Source: a bacterium
GTDB lineage: Bacteria > Krumholzibacteriota > Krumholzibacteriia > G020349025
Reading direction: 5' to 3'
Assembly (NCBI GenBank): GCA_031362565.1
Contig: JANLSU010000039.1
Location: forward strand, 128,001-192,000
DNA: 64,000 nt
Made by a program: the position numbers and the translations under genes. Position 1 is the first letter of the stretch, and the number at the start of each line of letters is the position of its first letter. A model generated the notes under the pieces. The model was not told the DNA's origin and did no database searches. It saw only the letters and a program-made list of their open reading frames with translations. Shown here one piece after another: positions 1 to 10,000 of this stretch.

Positions 1-390
1 ATCCCTGATATCTCGTACCTCAGCAGCACGCCCGATTTGAACGGATTGGGAAAACACGACACGAGCCGCGTCTCGCGCGGTGGTTGGGGACCGAGCAAAT
101 CGATCGGGCTGCCCTTTCTCCCGACGCCCAAGACGGCCGTTATTCGTGTTGCGTACGGTGCGAACTTTCCTGAAGATTTCGAAGTCCGGCTAGTCGATCG
201 CTCCATTGGCGTGATTCAGGCTCTGTCCGATCAAACACCTCTTCCAAAACGTACCGAATCCGTTCAACCCGACGACCCGCATCGCCTTCCTTCTACCGCA
301 GGCCGAGTCCGTCGAGCTGATCGTGCACGATGCCGCCGGTCACCGCGTGGCCACGCTCTTGCGCGGCCCCATGTCCGCCGGCCATCATGA
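1..390 (+). pseudogene. Probable remnant of a secreted protein gene: truncated FlgD/T9SS-like C-terminal domain
   Basis: 239-390 translates as LFQNVPNPFNPTTRIAFLLPQAESVELIVHDAAGHRVATLLRGPMSAGHHD, the first two thirds of the CTD that is intact in four other proteins in this window. The WDG...GVY...KxVLLR end is missing. This frame has a TGA at 212-214, while the frame open from the window start ends ...IGVIQALSDQT, suggesting a frameshift near 236-239. Confidence 0.55.
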
Positions 391-547
391 CTCCCCCCTC
401 AGTTACAGGCTTCGGGTACCATGCGCTATTGTAGTGTCTCTAAAACGGCTTTACAGCGACCACCCTTGCGCATCGGCCTCGGAAGCGATTTGCTTTCTAT
501 CCCTGAAGCAAACTACTAGCCACCCTTGGCTTGGAGGTGCCGGAGTC

Positions 548-1762
548 ATGATTCCTCGCGCTCTTATCCTGGCACTGGTCCTTCTTGGGTACCCCGTCGC
601 CGCCGGCGCCGAATGGGTCGAGTTCTCGCTGCCGGGCATTCGCGTGCGTTCGCTCATACAGTCCAGTTCAGGTACCTGGTTCGCCGGGGGGGAGGGAGGC
701 CTGTTCCGGTCCCTCGATGGCGGCTCGACGTGGACGAGCATCGAGACGCTGCCGTTTGACCACACATTCGTGGTGGCCGCGGGCGGTGACTCGAATCTCG
801 TGTTCGCCGCTCGCGAGACCGGGATCTACCGTACGAGCGACGACGGCATCTCATGGATTCGACTCGGCGATGACGTCCTCTCGACTTACTCGCTCGCATC
901 CGCCCCCAACAACGACCTCTACGCTTCCGGCGCATTCGGGACCCAACGCTCCACGGATCGTGGCCTCAGTTGGTCGCAGGTCGGGGAGATTTCGGCGGGT
1001 TTCACCGACGGGATCGCGATCGACCCGAACGGCCTCGTGTTCGTCAGATCTCTCGGCGCGGACCTTCACCGCTCCAGCGACAGCGGCGCCTCATGGCAAG
1101 AGGTGGCTCCGACATCCGAGTTCAAGCTGGCTCTCGCCGTGAGCCCGCGCACTGGGACGGTACTGGTAGGAAGCATTACGTTCGGTACCCCGTCGATGCT
1201 CTCGATCCATCGCTCCACCGATCACGGGGCAACGTGGCAGCGAGTGGTGCACCGCGTCGGTATTGTCGACGCCATCCAGTTCTTGAGCAATGGCGATGCG
1301 CTAGCCGGCGCGGACATCGTGCTTCACTCGACCGATGATGGCCTCACCTGGATGCCTCGGAATGGCGGTTTACCGACTGGTGTCCCGGTCACTTGCTTCG
1401 CTCAGATCCAGGGACAGGTGTTCGCGGGGGTCGACTTTCTCGGTCTTTGGAGAGAAGAGAATTTGATCGTCTCGGTGCCGCTCACTTCGCCAGCGTCGAA
1501 TCGCGGCCTGCATTTGCGGGCGACGCCCAGCCCGTTCATGAGCCAGACCACTCTGGCCTTCAGCTTGAACAGCGCCGCTAGGGTCAGTCTCGATGTGTAC
1601 GGGCTCGGGGGCCGCCGAGTCGTGCGTCTCGCGAGCGGCGTGTTCCCAGCCGGACCGCATTCCGTTCCGTTTGACGCGCATGGGCTGCCGGCCGGAGTTT
1701 ACTTTGCCCGGCTGACGATCGGCGGTGCATTTACTTCCACGCGACTGGTTTCGGTGAAGTGA
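548..1762 (+). CDS. Secreted BNR/Asp-box beta-propeller protein with FlgD/T9SS-like C-terminal domain (404 aa)
   Basis: GGAGG at 533-537, ATG 548, signal peptide MIPRALILALVLLGYPVAAGA. Repeated Asp-boxes (RSLDGGSTW, RTSDDGISW, RSTDRGLSW, RSSDSGASW, RSTDHGATW, HSTDDGLTW). CTD ATPSPF...LPAGVYFARL...TRLVSVK. Confidence 0.85.
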   Translation: MIPRALILALVLLGYPVAAGAEWVEFSLPGIRVRSLIQSSSGTWFAGGEGGLFRSLDGGSTWTSIETLPFDHTFVVAAGGDSNLVFAARETGIYRTSDDGISWIRLGDDVLSTYSLASAPNNDLYASGAFGTQRSTDRGLSWSQVGEISAGFTDGIAIDPNGLVFVRSLGADLHRSSDSGASWQEVAPTSEFKLALAVSPRTGTVLVGSITFGTPSMLSIHRSTDHGATWQRVVHRVGIVDAIQFLSNGDALAGADIVLHSTDDGLTWMPRNGGLPTGVPVTCFAQIQGQVFAGVDFLGLWREENLIVSVPLTSPASNRGLHLRATPSPFMSQTTLAFSLNSAARVSLDVYGLGGRRVVRLASGVFPAGPHSVPFDAHGLPAGVYFARLTIGGAFTSTRLVSVK

Positions 1763-2040
1763 CATGGAAAGACCCGATGTCAGGCCCGGCGGGACGCAGC
1801 GGATTCTGCAGTGAGCGCTGCTGGGCTCCCGGAAAGAGCACCCCGTTTCGGTCGCGGAGCTCCCTGTGAACTTCGACCGCGTGCACCGCCGGAGCGACAA
1901 ACGAGAGCGAGATCCCCCGCAATAACCGCCGCGCGGCCTCGATTCCACTCCCGTGCCGCTCAACAGTTCGAACACCCAAGACAATCCGCGCCTCAGCCAC
2001 CCGACCGCGACACCATTGCCCGCCCGGACTACGAAGCGAT

Positions 2041-2290
2041 TTACTCCCATTTCTTGGCTGGGAAGCTGCGCGAGGTAATAACGAACCGGTTGGCGACAGC
2101 CTCGGCCGCGACGCCGGTGAACCGAAACTCGAGCTCAGCGATCACTTCTTTGGGCTGCCCGGCGGCCCAGCAGAGTTCCTGAGCCGTCGAGGTCGAAGGC
2201 CATGACATGATGCGATAGACGCCGCTCGGCGCGGTCGACAGGTCGGCGTAGTGCCCCGGATGCTCGGGCGCGCTGGGGCACGGGCCCAGA
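2041..2290 (-). pseudogene. Possible degraded gene fragment
   Basis: GC3-rich minus-strand reading (HPGHYADLSTAPSGVYRIM..., then MAFDLDGSGTLL in a second frame, and KEVIAELEFRFTG...KKWE*). A 5-bp tandem duplication CATGACATGA at 2201-2210 sits where the frame switches. No start codon or RBS found. Confidence 0.3.
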
Positions 2291-2509
2291 CCGCGGCGAT
2301 GGTTCACGAATAGGGGGCACATCCGGCACCCAGACTCGCCCCCGGTTGGGCCTCCGGCCCCACCGAGGGTGCGCTGCTGGCAGGCCAGCGGCCAGCGCGC
2401 GGGCCTGCGGCGACAACGAAAGTCACGCCGGCGGCGGAACTCGGATTCCACGAGAGCCCGACGTCGCAACGACGTGGCGGCACGAATTGCAACCAGAGGA
2501 GGCTCAAGA

Positions 2510-3673
2510 ATGGGACGGCCGATCATCGCGAGTGCGGCTCTATGCTTCGCGCTCGCACCGACTGCATGGGGCGCCTCGATCGGGATCTTCGGCAGCAGCG
2601 ATTGGGCGTCTTGCGATCTCGCGATCGCATTCGGAGAGACGCATTCACAGGGTCGGGCGGCGAACGGCGGACCGACAACTCGTTCCGGCGAACTTGACTC
2701 GGCAGCCGCGGCGCGCCAGGAGCCATTCACGCGCCGGCCGCTTGATCTGCGGCGCGGCGAAGAATGGCGCGGGGAAGGAATTGCGTACGGTCCGCACCGC
2801 GACGGGCAGCGCCCCGGGGGCGCGGCGCCAAGCCGGAGCCAGATTACAGAGGATCTCCGGCTCCTCGCGCGCCACTGGCGCTGGATCCGCGTCTACGGTT
2901 CGGCAGAGTTGGGCGAGATCATCCTGGGCGCGATTCAGAGCGAGCGACTCGATTTACAGGTCATGCTGGGAGCCTGGCTCGCCCCGGAGGAGAGCCGGCC
3001 CGACAGCTCCGGAGCCGTGCAGCACTTCCCCACCGTGCGAGTGGAAAACCGGCGCGAGATCGACGCTGCGGTGCGGCTTGCGAACGCCTATCCCGGTGTC
3101 GTGTCGGCGGTGTGCGTCGGCAATGAGACCCAGGTCTCCTGGTCCGATCATCGCAGCCCGCCGGGTGTTTTGATCGGCTACTTGCGCGAAGTGCGGGCGC
3201 GAACGCACCTGCCGGTGTCCACGGCGGACGACTTCAATTTCTGGAACAAGCCCGAGAGTGACGCCGTGGCGCGCGAGTGCGACTTCATCGTGATGCACGC
3301 GCACCCGCTTTGGAACGGTTTGCAGCTCGAGGATGCTCTCGACTGGACACGTGCGACACTCGCGGACGTGCAGGCAAAGCATCCGGATGCGCTCATTGTG
3401 CTCGGTGAGACCGGTTGGGCGACCAAGCGCAGTAATCAGGGCGACCAGGGCAAACTGATGAAAGGCCGTCTCGGGGAAACGGAACAGGCGGCGTATCGCC
3501 GGGCTTTTTGCGCCTGGGTGCGACGCGACCGTGTCGCATCGTTCTTCTTCGAGGCTTTCGACGAAAATTGGAAGGGGAGCGAAAACCCGGACGAGGTCGA
3601 AAAGCACTGGGGACTCTATCGCGCAAATCGCACGCCGAAGGCCGCAATGGGGGGAAATGGGACGCGTCGATGA
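2510..3673 (+). CDS. Secreted glycoside hydrolase family 17 (beta-1,3-glucanase/transglycosylase), 387 aa
   Basis: GAGGAGG RBS at 2496-2502, signal peptide, and GH17 motifs IRVYG, VCVGNE (acid/base), VLGETGW (nucleophile), FFEAFDENWK...EKHWGLY. Confidence 0.88.
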   Translation: MGRPIIASAALCFALAPTAWGASIGIFGSSDWASCDLAIAFGETHSQGRAANGGPTTRSGELDSAAAARQEPFTRRPLDLRRGEEWRGEGIAYGPHRDGQRPGGAAPSRSQITEDLRLLARHWRWIRVYGSAELGEIILGAIQSERLDLQVMLGAWLAPEESRPDSSGAVQHFPTVRVENRREIDAAVRLANAYPGVVSAVCVGNETQVSWSDHRSPPGVLIGYLREVRARTHLPVSTADDFNFWNKPESDAVARECDFIVMHAHPLWNGLQLEDALDWTRATLADVQAKHPDALIVLGETGWATKRSNQGDQGKLMKGRLGETEQAAYRRAFCAWVRRDRVASFFFEAFDENWKGSENPDEVEKHWGLYRANRTPKAAMGGNGTRR

Positions 3674-3858
3674 CGCAACCGCCGTCACGAGATGCACGCG
3701 CCAGACGCACATTGTTACCGGCTGGTGGACCCGCGCCAGGCGACCCGAGCGGCGGCGTCGACTCGTGTCGCCGATGCGCCGCACATGCAGGCCGCGGCTG
3801 CTCACGAACTCTGGTCTCTCTTGACGCGTCAGCGGCCGCGGCGTAGTGTCCCTCTTCC

Positions 3859-6800
3859 ATGACACTGCCGTCCAAGCAAGCGCAGGTGGAGCCTTTTCGC
3901 AGCAACGGCTCGTTGGGAGTTCGGAGCTCCGGCCGGATTCTGCGTCTACTGCCGTACGTTCCCCTCCTCGGGTTGATTGTCCTGTTTCCCGCGAGGGCGA
4001 TCGCCGGGCACCCGGCGCCGCCGCGCGGGCCGCTCGAGCAGTTCTGCGCTTTTTCGCCAGACAGCACTGCTGCACGTGAGGACTTGTTTCGGGCTAACCC
4101 GAATGCACTGCGGCTCGCCTTCGCCGAGCGGCTGGCCCGCTGCGGCACGCCACGCGGAGTGCCGCCTTGTCTTTGGGACGTGGCGCGCCTCGACTGCACA
4201 GTGAACACCGATCCGATCCGCGATTCGTTGCTGATCCGCGACCTTCGGATCGTGCCGAAGATGACTCCAAAGCAGCGCGCGCAGTGGATTCTGGGCGTAC
4301 GCGCCGAGCAAGCGGCGCTGGCGATCGCGCCACCGAACGCGGATCAGGCGGCGTATTTTGCCGCGGCGGCCGATGACTTCGACCGTGCCCAGCATCTACG
4401 GCGCCAAGCGATCGTGCTGGGGTCACTGGGGCGGTCACTCTTCCAGATCCAGAAGTACGACGATGCGCTTGCTGCGTATGCGCGCGCCCTCGAGGCGCGC
4501 CGCCGGTTGGGCGACCAGCGTCTCATCGAACTCTCGCTCCGGTCGCTCGGAAGCACGCAGTTGTTGCGTGATCATGCCGAAGAGGCGGTGACCTACTACA
4601 AGCAAGCGCTCGAAGTGGGGCGCGCGCGTGGCGACGCGAAGAGTGTTGCAACGACGTTGCAGTCCCTGGGCGACGCATATCGGCGATTGAATCGCTTTGC
4701 GTTGGCACGCGACTGTTACGAAGAGGCGCTTCTTTCCATTCCGCTGTTCGCGCCCACGGATCCAATGATCAATCGTGTGTGCATTGGCATGGCTGGCGCC
4801 TACCGCGAACTAGGTAACCTTCAACAGGCCCGTCGCGTCGTCGCTGACGAGGTCGACCGTCTCGTAGCCATTCACACTCTCGCATCGAGCCCCGTCCTAG
4901 CCGTCACACGCGGGCTCTATGGTGATGTCCTTCGGCGTTGCGGACTGCTCGGGCAAGCACTCGAACAACTAGAGGACGCGGTCGCGGCGTTGGAGTCGGC
5001 GCATGCATGGTCGGACCTGGCGCGAGCCGAGAACTGTTTGGGCACAGTGCACAACGAACTCGGGCAGCATTTGGTCGCACTGCAGCTATTCAGGAGTGCC
5101 AAGACGCACGCCGAACAGTCCGCCAACCGGGACGACATTGGGTTCGCGTGCATGAATCTTGGTATTACATTTGCCTACACCGTTCAGCCAGACTCCTCTT
5201 CGCTCTATTTTCAGGCGGCGCTCGACATATTCCGCGATGGCACGGATCAATCGCGCATGGCGGATGCCCTAGAAACGTGGGCCGAGGTGCTTGTCGCAAA
5301 CCATCACGGCTCTGAAGCCGAGAGAGTCGTACGCCGTGCCATGATCATCAACGAGAAGAGCGGCGATAGTCTCAGGCTCTTGGAAAATCGCCTGTGTCTT
5401 GGAAACGCACTGGGCACCGCCGGCCGACCAGGCGAAGGCGAGAGAGAGTTCCGGCTGGCCATCACAATGCTGGGCGCTCCGGGCCTTCCTTCGTACTTAC
5501 GCTTCGCGGCGTTTCTGGGCCTTGCTGATAACCTCGAGCGGTCGGGGCAGTTGGACAGCGCGGCGGTGTATTGTGAAGGCGCCATTGCGGTTCTCGAGAC
5601 CGTTCGCGGCGATCTCCCCATGGCGGACGCCCAACGAGTGTCATTTCAACGGAGTAAGTCGTATGCCTACGAAGCACTTCTGCACGTTCTAGCGACCCTG
5701 GATTCACAACGGCCCGGTCAGGGATATGCCGAGCGTGCGTTCCATGTGGCGGAACTTGCGAAGGCGCGCGCGCTCCTTGATCGGATTGAACACGGTCGCC
5801 GAGATTCCGATTCTTCCGGGCGATGGAGCGAGCTGACGACGCCCGTGTCCTTGATTGGCCTTCGCGATCGCGTCCTCGCGGAATCGAAGAGTGTGCTACT
5901 TGAATATGCTTGCAGCGATACCGTGGCGTACCTCTGGATTGTGACGCGAAGTCGAGTCCAGCTCCACCGGCTTTCTCCGCCGGAGGAGATTGCCCGAGAG
6001 GTACGGCAACTGCGTAGCGCTCTCATGGAGCAGAACGCGTCGTTCATCGATCCGTCACGGCGCCTCTGTTCCACGCTGCTCGGACCTGCGGCAGAACAGC
6101 TTCGACACAGCAACGTGGTTTACATCGTGCCCGATGGCGATCTGTTTCTCGTTCCATTCGAATCGTTGGTGAACGCCGGATCGCATGTGAATTCGTCGCA
6201 CGTTGAACGAGCGCATCGCGACCCGTCCAGAGCGCGCGGGGTCCAGGTGGGCCGGCCCTCCGAGCCGGCCGCATCGCCGGCGCGGCCGGATGGCGTGACC
6301 TACGAGTTGAGCCATGCGCAGGTGGCCTACGCACCCTCCGCTACGGTGCTCGCGCTCCTTGATTCCGTTTCCGCTGTCAGCCAGAGCCAAAGCGTTTCGA
6401 GGACACTCCTCGCGCTTGGAGATCCGGCATCCCTGCAGCCATTTCCGCGTCTGCCCTTTGCAGCACAGGAAGTCGAGGTGATCGGCAGGTTGTTTTCCGC
6501 GGACCAGCGGACGGTGTGGACCGGGCCCCAGGCGCTAGAGGACTCGCTATATGCAGCGTGTTCGCAGGGATCCTACCGGCTCTTGCATTTCGCGACACAC
6601 GGTGTGATCGATTCGCTTCTGCCGGAGCGCTCCCACCTATTGCTTGCGACTACGACGCAGTCACATTGTGACGGCGTCCTCAGTGTCGACGAGATCGAGC
6701 AATTGCCGCTGCAGGCGGATCTTGCGGTTCTGTCGGCCTGCGAGACCGGCCTTGGCGGCGTCGTCCGGGGTGAGGGCGTAATGGGTCTCGCGCGGGCGTT

Positions 6801-7047
6801 CTTGTTTGCGGGTGCTCGCTCGACTGTCGTGAGCCTGTGGAACGTTCAGGACCGCTCGACTTCGGAGTTCATGTCGCAGTTCTACCGGCGTCTATCTCGG
6901 GGCGATACATCGATCGGCAAGGCGCTCTGGGAAGCAAAGACAGAAATGCGACGAACTGCGGAGTTTGCGCACCCGTTCTTCTGGTCCCCGTTTGTGCTGG
7001 TTGGCCCCGGGAACGTCATGATCCGGTCGCCGGGACGATCGCATTAG
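3859..7047 (+). CDS. TPR-repeat plus CHAT (caspase-like) domain protein with N-terminal hydrophobic segment; start uncertain
   Basis: Multiple TPR-like repeats, then CHAT motifs IVPDGDL..VPFE, LLHFATHG (His, ~6586-6603), LAVLSACETGLG (Cys, ~6733-6747), VVSLWNVQD and HPFFWSPFVLVG. N-terminal LLPYVPLLGLIVLFPARAIA. Confidence 0.9.
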   Translation: MTLPSKQAQVEPFRSNGSLGVRSSGRILRLLPYVPLLGLIVLFPARAIAGHPAPPRGPLEQFCAFSPDSTAAREDLFRANPNALRLAFAERLARCGTPRGVPPCLWDVARLDCTVNTDPIRDSLLIRDLRIVPKMTPKQRAQWILGVRAEQAALAIAPPNADQAAYFAAAADDFDRAQHLRRQAIVLGSLGRSLFQIQKYDDALAAYARALEARRRLGDQRLIELSLRSLGSTQLLRDHAEEAVTYYKQALEVGRARGDAKSVATTLQSLGDAYRRLNRFALARDCYEEALLSIPLFAPTDPMINRVCIGMAGAYRELGNLQQARRVVADEVDRLVAIHTLASSPVLAVTRGLYGDVLRRCGLLGQALEQLEDAVAALESAHAWSDLARAENCLGTVHNELGQHLVALQLFRSAKTHAEQSANRDDIGFACMNLGITFAYTVQPDSSSLYFQAALDIFRDGTDQSRMADALETWAEVLVANHHGSEAERVVRRAMIINEKSGDSLRLLENRLCLGNALGTAGRPGEGEREFRLAITMLGAPGLPSYLRFAAFLGLADNLERSGQLDSAAVYCEGAIAVLETVRGDLPMADAQRVSFQRSKSYAYEALLHVLATLDSQRPGQGYAERAFHVAELAKARALLDRIEHGRRDSDSSGRWSELTTPVSLIGLRDRVLAESKSVLLEYACSDTVAYLWIVTRSRVQLHRLSPPEEIAREVRQLRSALMEQNASFIDPSRRLCSTLLGPAAEQLRHSNVVYIVPDGDLFLVPFESLVNAGSHVNSSHVERAHRDPSRARGVQVGRPSEPAASPARPDGVTYELSHAQVAYAPSATVLALLDSVSAVSQSQSVSRTLLALGDPASLQPFPRLPFAAQEVEVIGRLFSADQRTVWTGPQALEDSLYAACSQGSYRLLHFATHGVIDSLLPERSHLLLATTTQSHCDGVLSVDEIEQLPLQADLAVLSACETGLGGVVRGEGVMGLARAFLFAGARSTVVSLWNVQDRSTSEFMSQFYRRLSRGDTSIGKALWEAKTEMRRTAEFAHPFFWSPFVLVGPGNVMIRSPGRSH

Positions 7048-7084
7048 GAACCTCGAGCCAATCGTCCTCTCCGCGCCGCCGTTC

Positions 7085-10000
7085 CTACCTCAGCAGCACG
7101 ATCTTGAGATGTTCACTCCAGTCACCGGCACGCACCACTGCGAAATACACGCCCGTTGCGGCGCGACTGCCACTCGTCGTGCGACCATCCCATGTCAGTA
7201 TGTGACGGCCTGCTAGGAGGCGCCTCACCGCCATTTCTCGTATCAAACGCCCGTCCACCGAAAAAATACGCAGATTCACTTCCTGCGCCGAGGGCAAATC
7301 GAGACCGAAGGATGTGACCCCACGGGAGGGGTTCGGCATCGGGCGTCCGAGCGCTAACCGCAACGGCAACGTTTGGTCGAGCGCTTGAGTGGTCGCCACA
7401 TCGATCATGCTCACGCTCCTGGAGCCGGCGTTCACGACAAACAACTTGCCTGAGCGTCGATCGAACGCCATGCCGATTGGATTTTCACCGACTGCGATGC
7501 TCGACAGTGGCGTAAACCCTATGAGCGTCCGAGGGCGCCAGCTGGCTCCGCCACCGTTGGCCAGAATGCTCACAATCGAGAACACCTGTACGGTCCCATC
7601 CGAGTTTGTGACGTAGACCTCACCGCCATCAGGGGACACAACGATGATCTGCGATGAGCCCCCGGTGCGGATTGGGGCGGTTGCGACACTGGAATTCGAG
7701 AGATCGATGAGGTACAGCTGACCGTCCGATGCCAGGACAACTGCATATCCACCGTCAGGTGTTACGACGATGATCTGCGATGATCCGCCCGTTCTGATCG
7801 GCGCTGTCGCGGGGTCGTTCGGATTGTCTGCGTCCATGACCAGAATCCCGGTCGACGTACCGACGAGCAAGCGCGCGCCATCGGGTGTGATCGCAACCGT
7901 CTGCGTCCTGGATCCAACGTTCACTATCGCGATCGGTCGCAGATAGTTTGCGCTCGCGGAATCCGTGTCGACGATCGACACCGTGCCATCCATGTAGTTC
8001 GCGACGTACACGCGGCGACCGTTCGGATTGACCGCGATCCCGGTCGGGTTGGCTCCCACCGCAAACCGGTTGACCACACGCTGAAAGTCTACGCTCGTCG
8101 GCGTCGCATCGATGACCGTGACCTCGTTCGACCGGAAATTGGTGACGTACACCCAACGGCCGTCCGGCGAAGCAGCGACTCCAAACGGGTATACGCCGAC
8201 GGGAATCGCGGCTTCGGCAACCTGGTCCAGAATCCGCATCGGCACGACGGTGCCGGAGCCAGGGCAGGTCATGTACGCGCGCGTCCCGTCCGGGACGATC
8301 GCGATGTGATGGCCGCTGGATGGGGCGGTGATGGTTCCGATCACATCGTTGACCGGTGTTCCTCCCGCCGGCAGCACGACGAAACTCCTGGCGGCTGTCG
8401 AGTCGGTGCCGGCGACGACGCGCACGGGGCTCGTAGTCGCCTCAGACGGCACGTAGGCGCGTAGCGCAAAGCCATCGCCGCTCACCGGTGTGATCGTGGT
8501 CGTGCCGAACCGCACGCGAGCTTGTGTGTAGTCACTCGGGAAGCCGGTGCCCGAAATGACGATGGGGGAGCCGACCGGCGCCGCTGGCGGCTCGATCGCC
8601 AAGAGTCGGAGTGGCGACACGGTGGCACTCGTGGTGAAAGTGCGGGTCCCGGGGTTCGATACCGCGGCTCCAGAGTGATCCAAGATCCCACCCTGGACGT
8701 CGACGGTGTAAACCGTCGCGAGAGCAAGCGGCGCTAGCGGCCGCACGACGGCCCGGCGGTTGTTGTTCACGAGCGAGTACAACGCAGGAACGGTCGTTCC
8801 GGCAGTGCGGAGCGTCAGCGATCCGACGTTCACGGTCGACGGTCGTACCGATTTCGAGAAATCGACGACGACCGCGGTCTGTATTCCAGGACTATCGGCG
8901 GTTCCCGGGTGGACGGCGATGAGCTGCGGCGCGCCGATCGTGTCCAAGATCGCGGTGACGCTGAAGTTGACACCGGCTGCGCCTACGAGCGCGGAAACCG
9001 TCGTAGTTGCGGACACCAGGTACTGCGGTGCGCGTACGAAGCCGTTCGCGTCGGCGACCCCGAATCCGACCCCCGGCGGTCCGAGGACACCCCAGGGAAG
9101 AAGTTGGCGGAAGGAGCCATTGAACTTGACGAGCGTCCCATCCACGGGGTTGCCCGGAGTGCCACCGCTCACGCGCACTGCAAACGCATCCGACACCAAC
9201 GTATTCCGAAGTGCGACAAGCGAAGGCGAGGACGCGATCGCCACCCCGGCCGGGGCTGTCAGATAAGCCATCTTCAAGGCGTTGTAGTACAGCCGGGCAT
9301 CATCGGCCGACACAACGAGGTTCAGAGGCGACGTGCTGATTGCTCGAGATGCCGCCAGCCCCAAGAAGCTCCCGGTGCTATTCACAGCCGCCCAAAGGGT
9401 GTTCGCTGTCGCCATGTATACGACAGTGCCGGAGCCGTTCATCGCCATGACAGGGGTGCTGGTCGTGCTCGACGACACCGGTAGTCCTTGCAGCACCACG
9501 TTGAATGTCGGGCTCGCCGGATTCGTATCGATCACGTTGAGTGTGTGCGTCGTGCTTCCGAAGACGTCGACATTGACGATGATCCGTGAACCGTCCGGGT
9601 CGGCGACGATTGGGCCAGTCGTGGAAGACGTCTGTGGGGATGTGGTGATAAACGCCGTCGTCGCGCCAAACGCCGGTCTGGTTGGGTCGGCATTCACCGC
9701 TCGCACGCCGACCGTCCCCCCTCCCAAATTGTCAGAAATGTAGAGAGTCGCACCATCCGGGTGCATCGCGAAGCCACCAACCCGCGTCAGCCCGGGGAGG
9801 GTGAAGGCGCCTGTGTCCGTCGTCGTGTCGACCAGCCAAATCTGTGGTGGGCTCGTGGCGACCCGCACAAACAAGTATTTCCCGTTCGGCGACAACACCA
9901 ATCCAGAAGGTTGAATGAATGTTTCGTCGACGCCTGATGCGATGATGTTCCGCGTATAGTGGAATAAGAACGGCAATGCCGGATCGAACGAGTAAACGCG

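Noticed and set aside
3859..7047. CHAT protease as part of a type III-E CRISPR (Craspase) system
   Set aside because: No cas genes or repeat-spacer array are in the window.
16..7100. Exact 15-mer TACCTCAGCAGCACG at 16-30 and 7086-7100 as a possible att site or target duplication
   Set aside because: A 15-bp match is expected by chance in 64 kb of GC-rich DNA, the flanks do not extend, and no integrase or tRNA is present.
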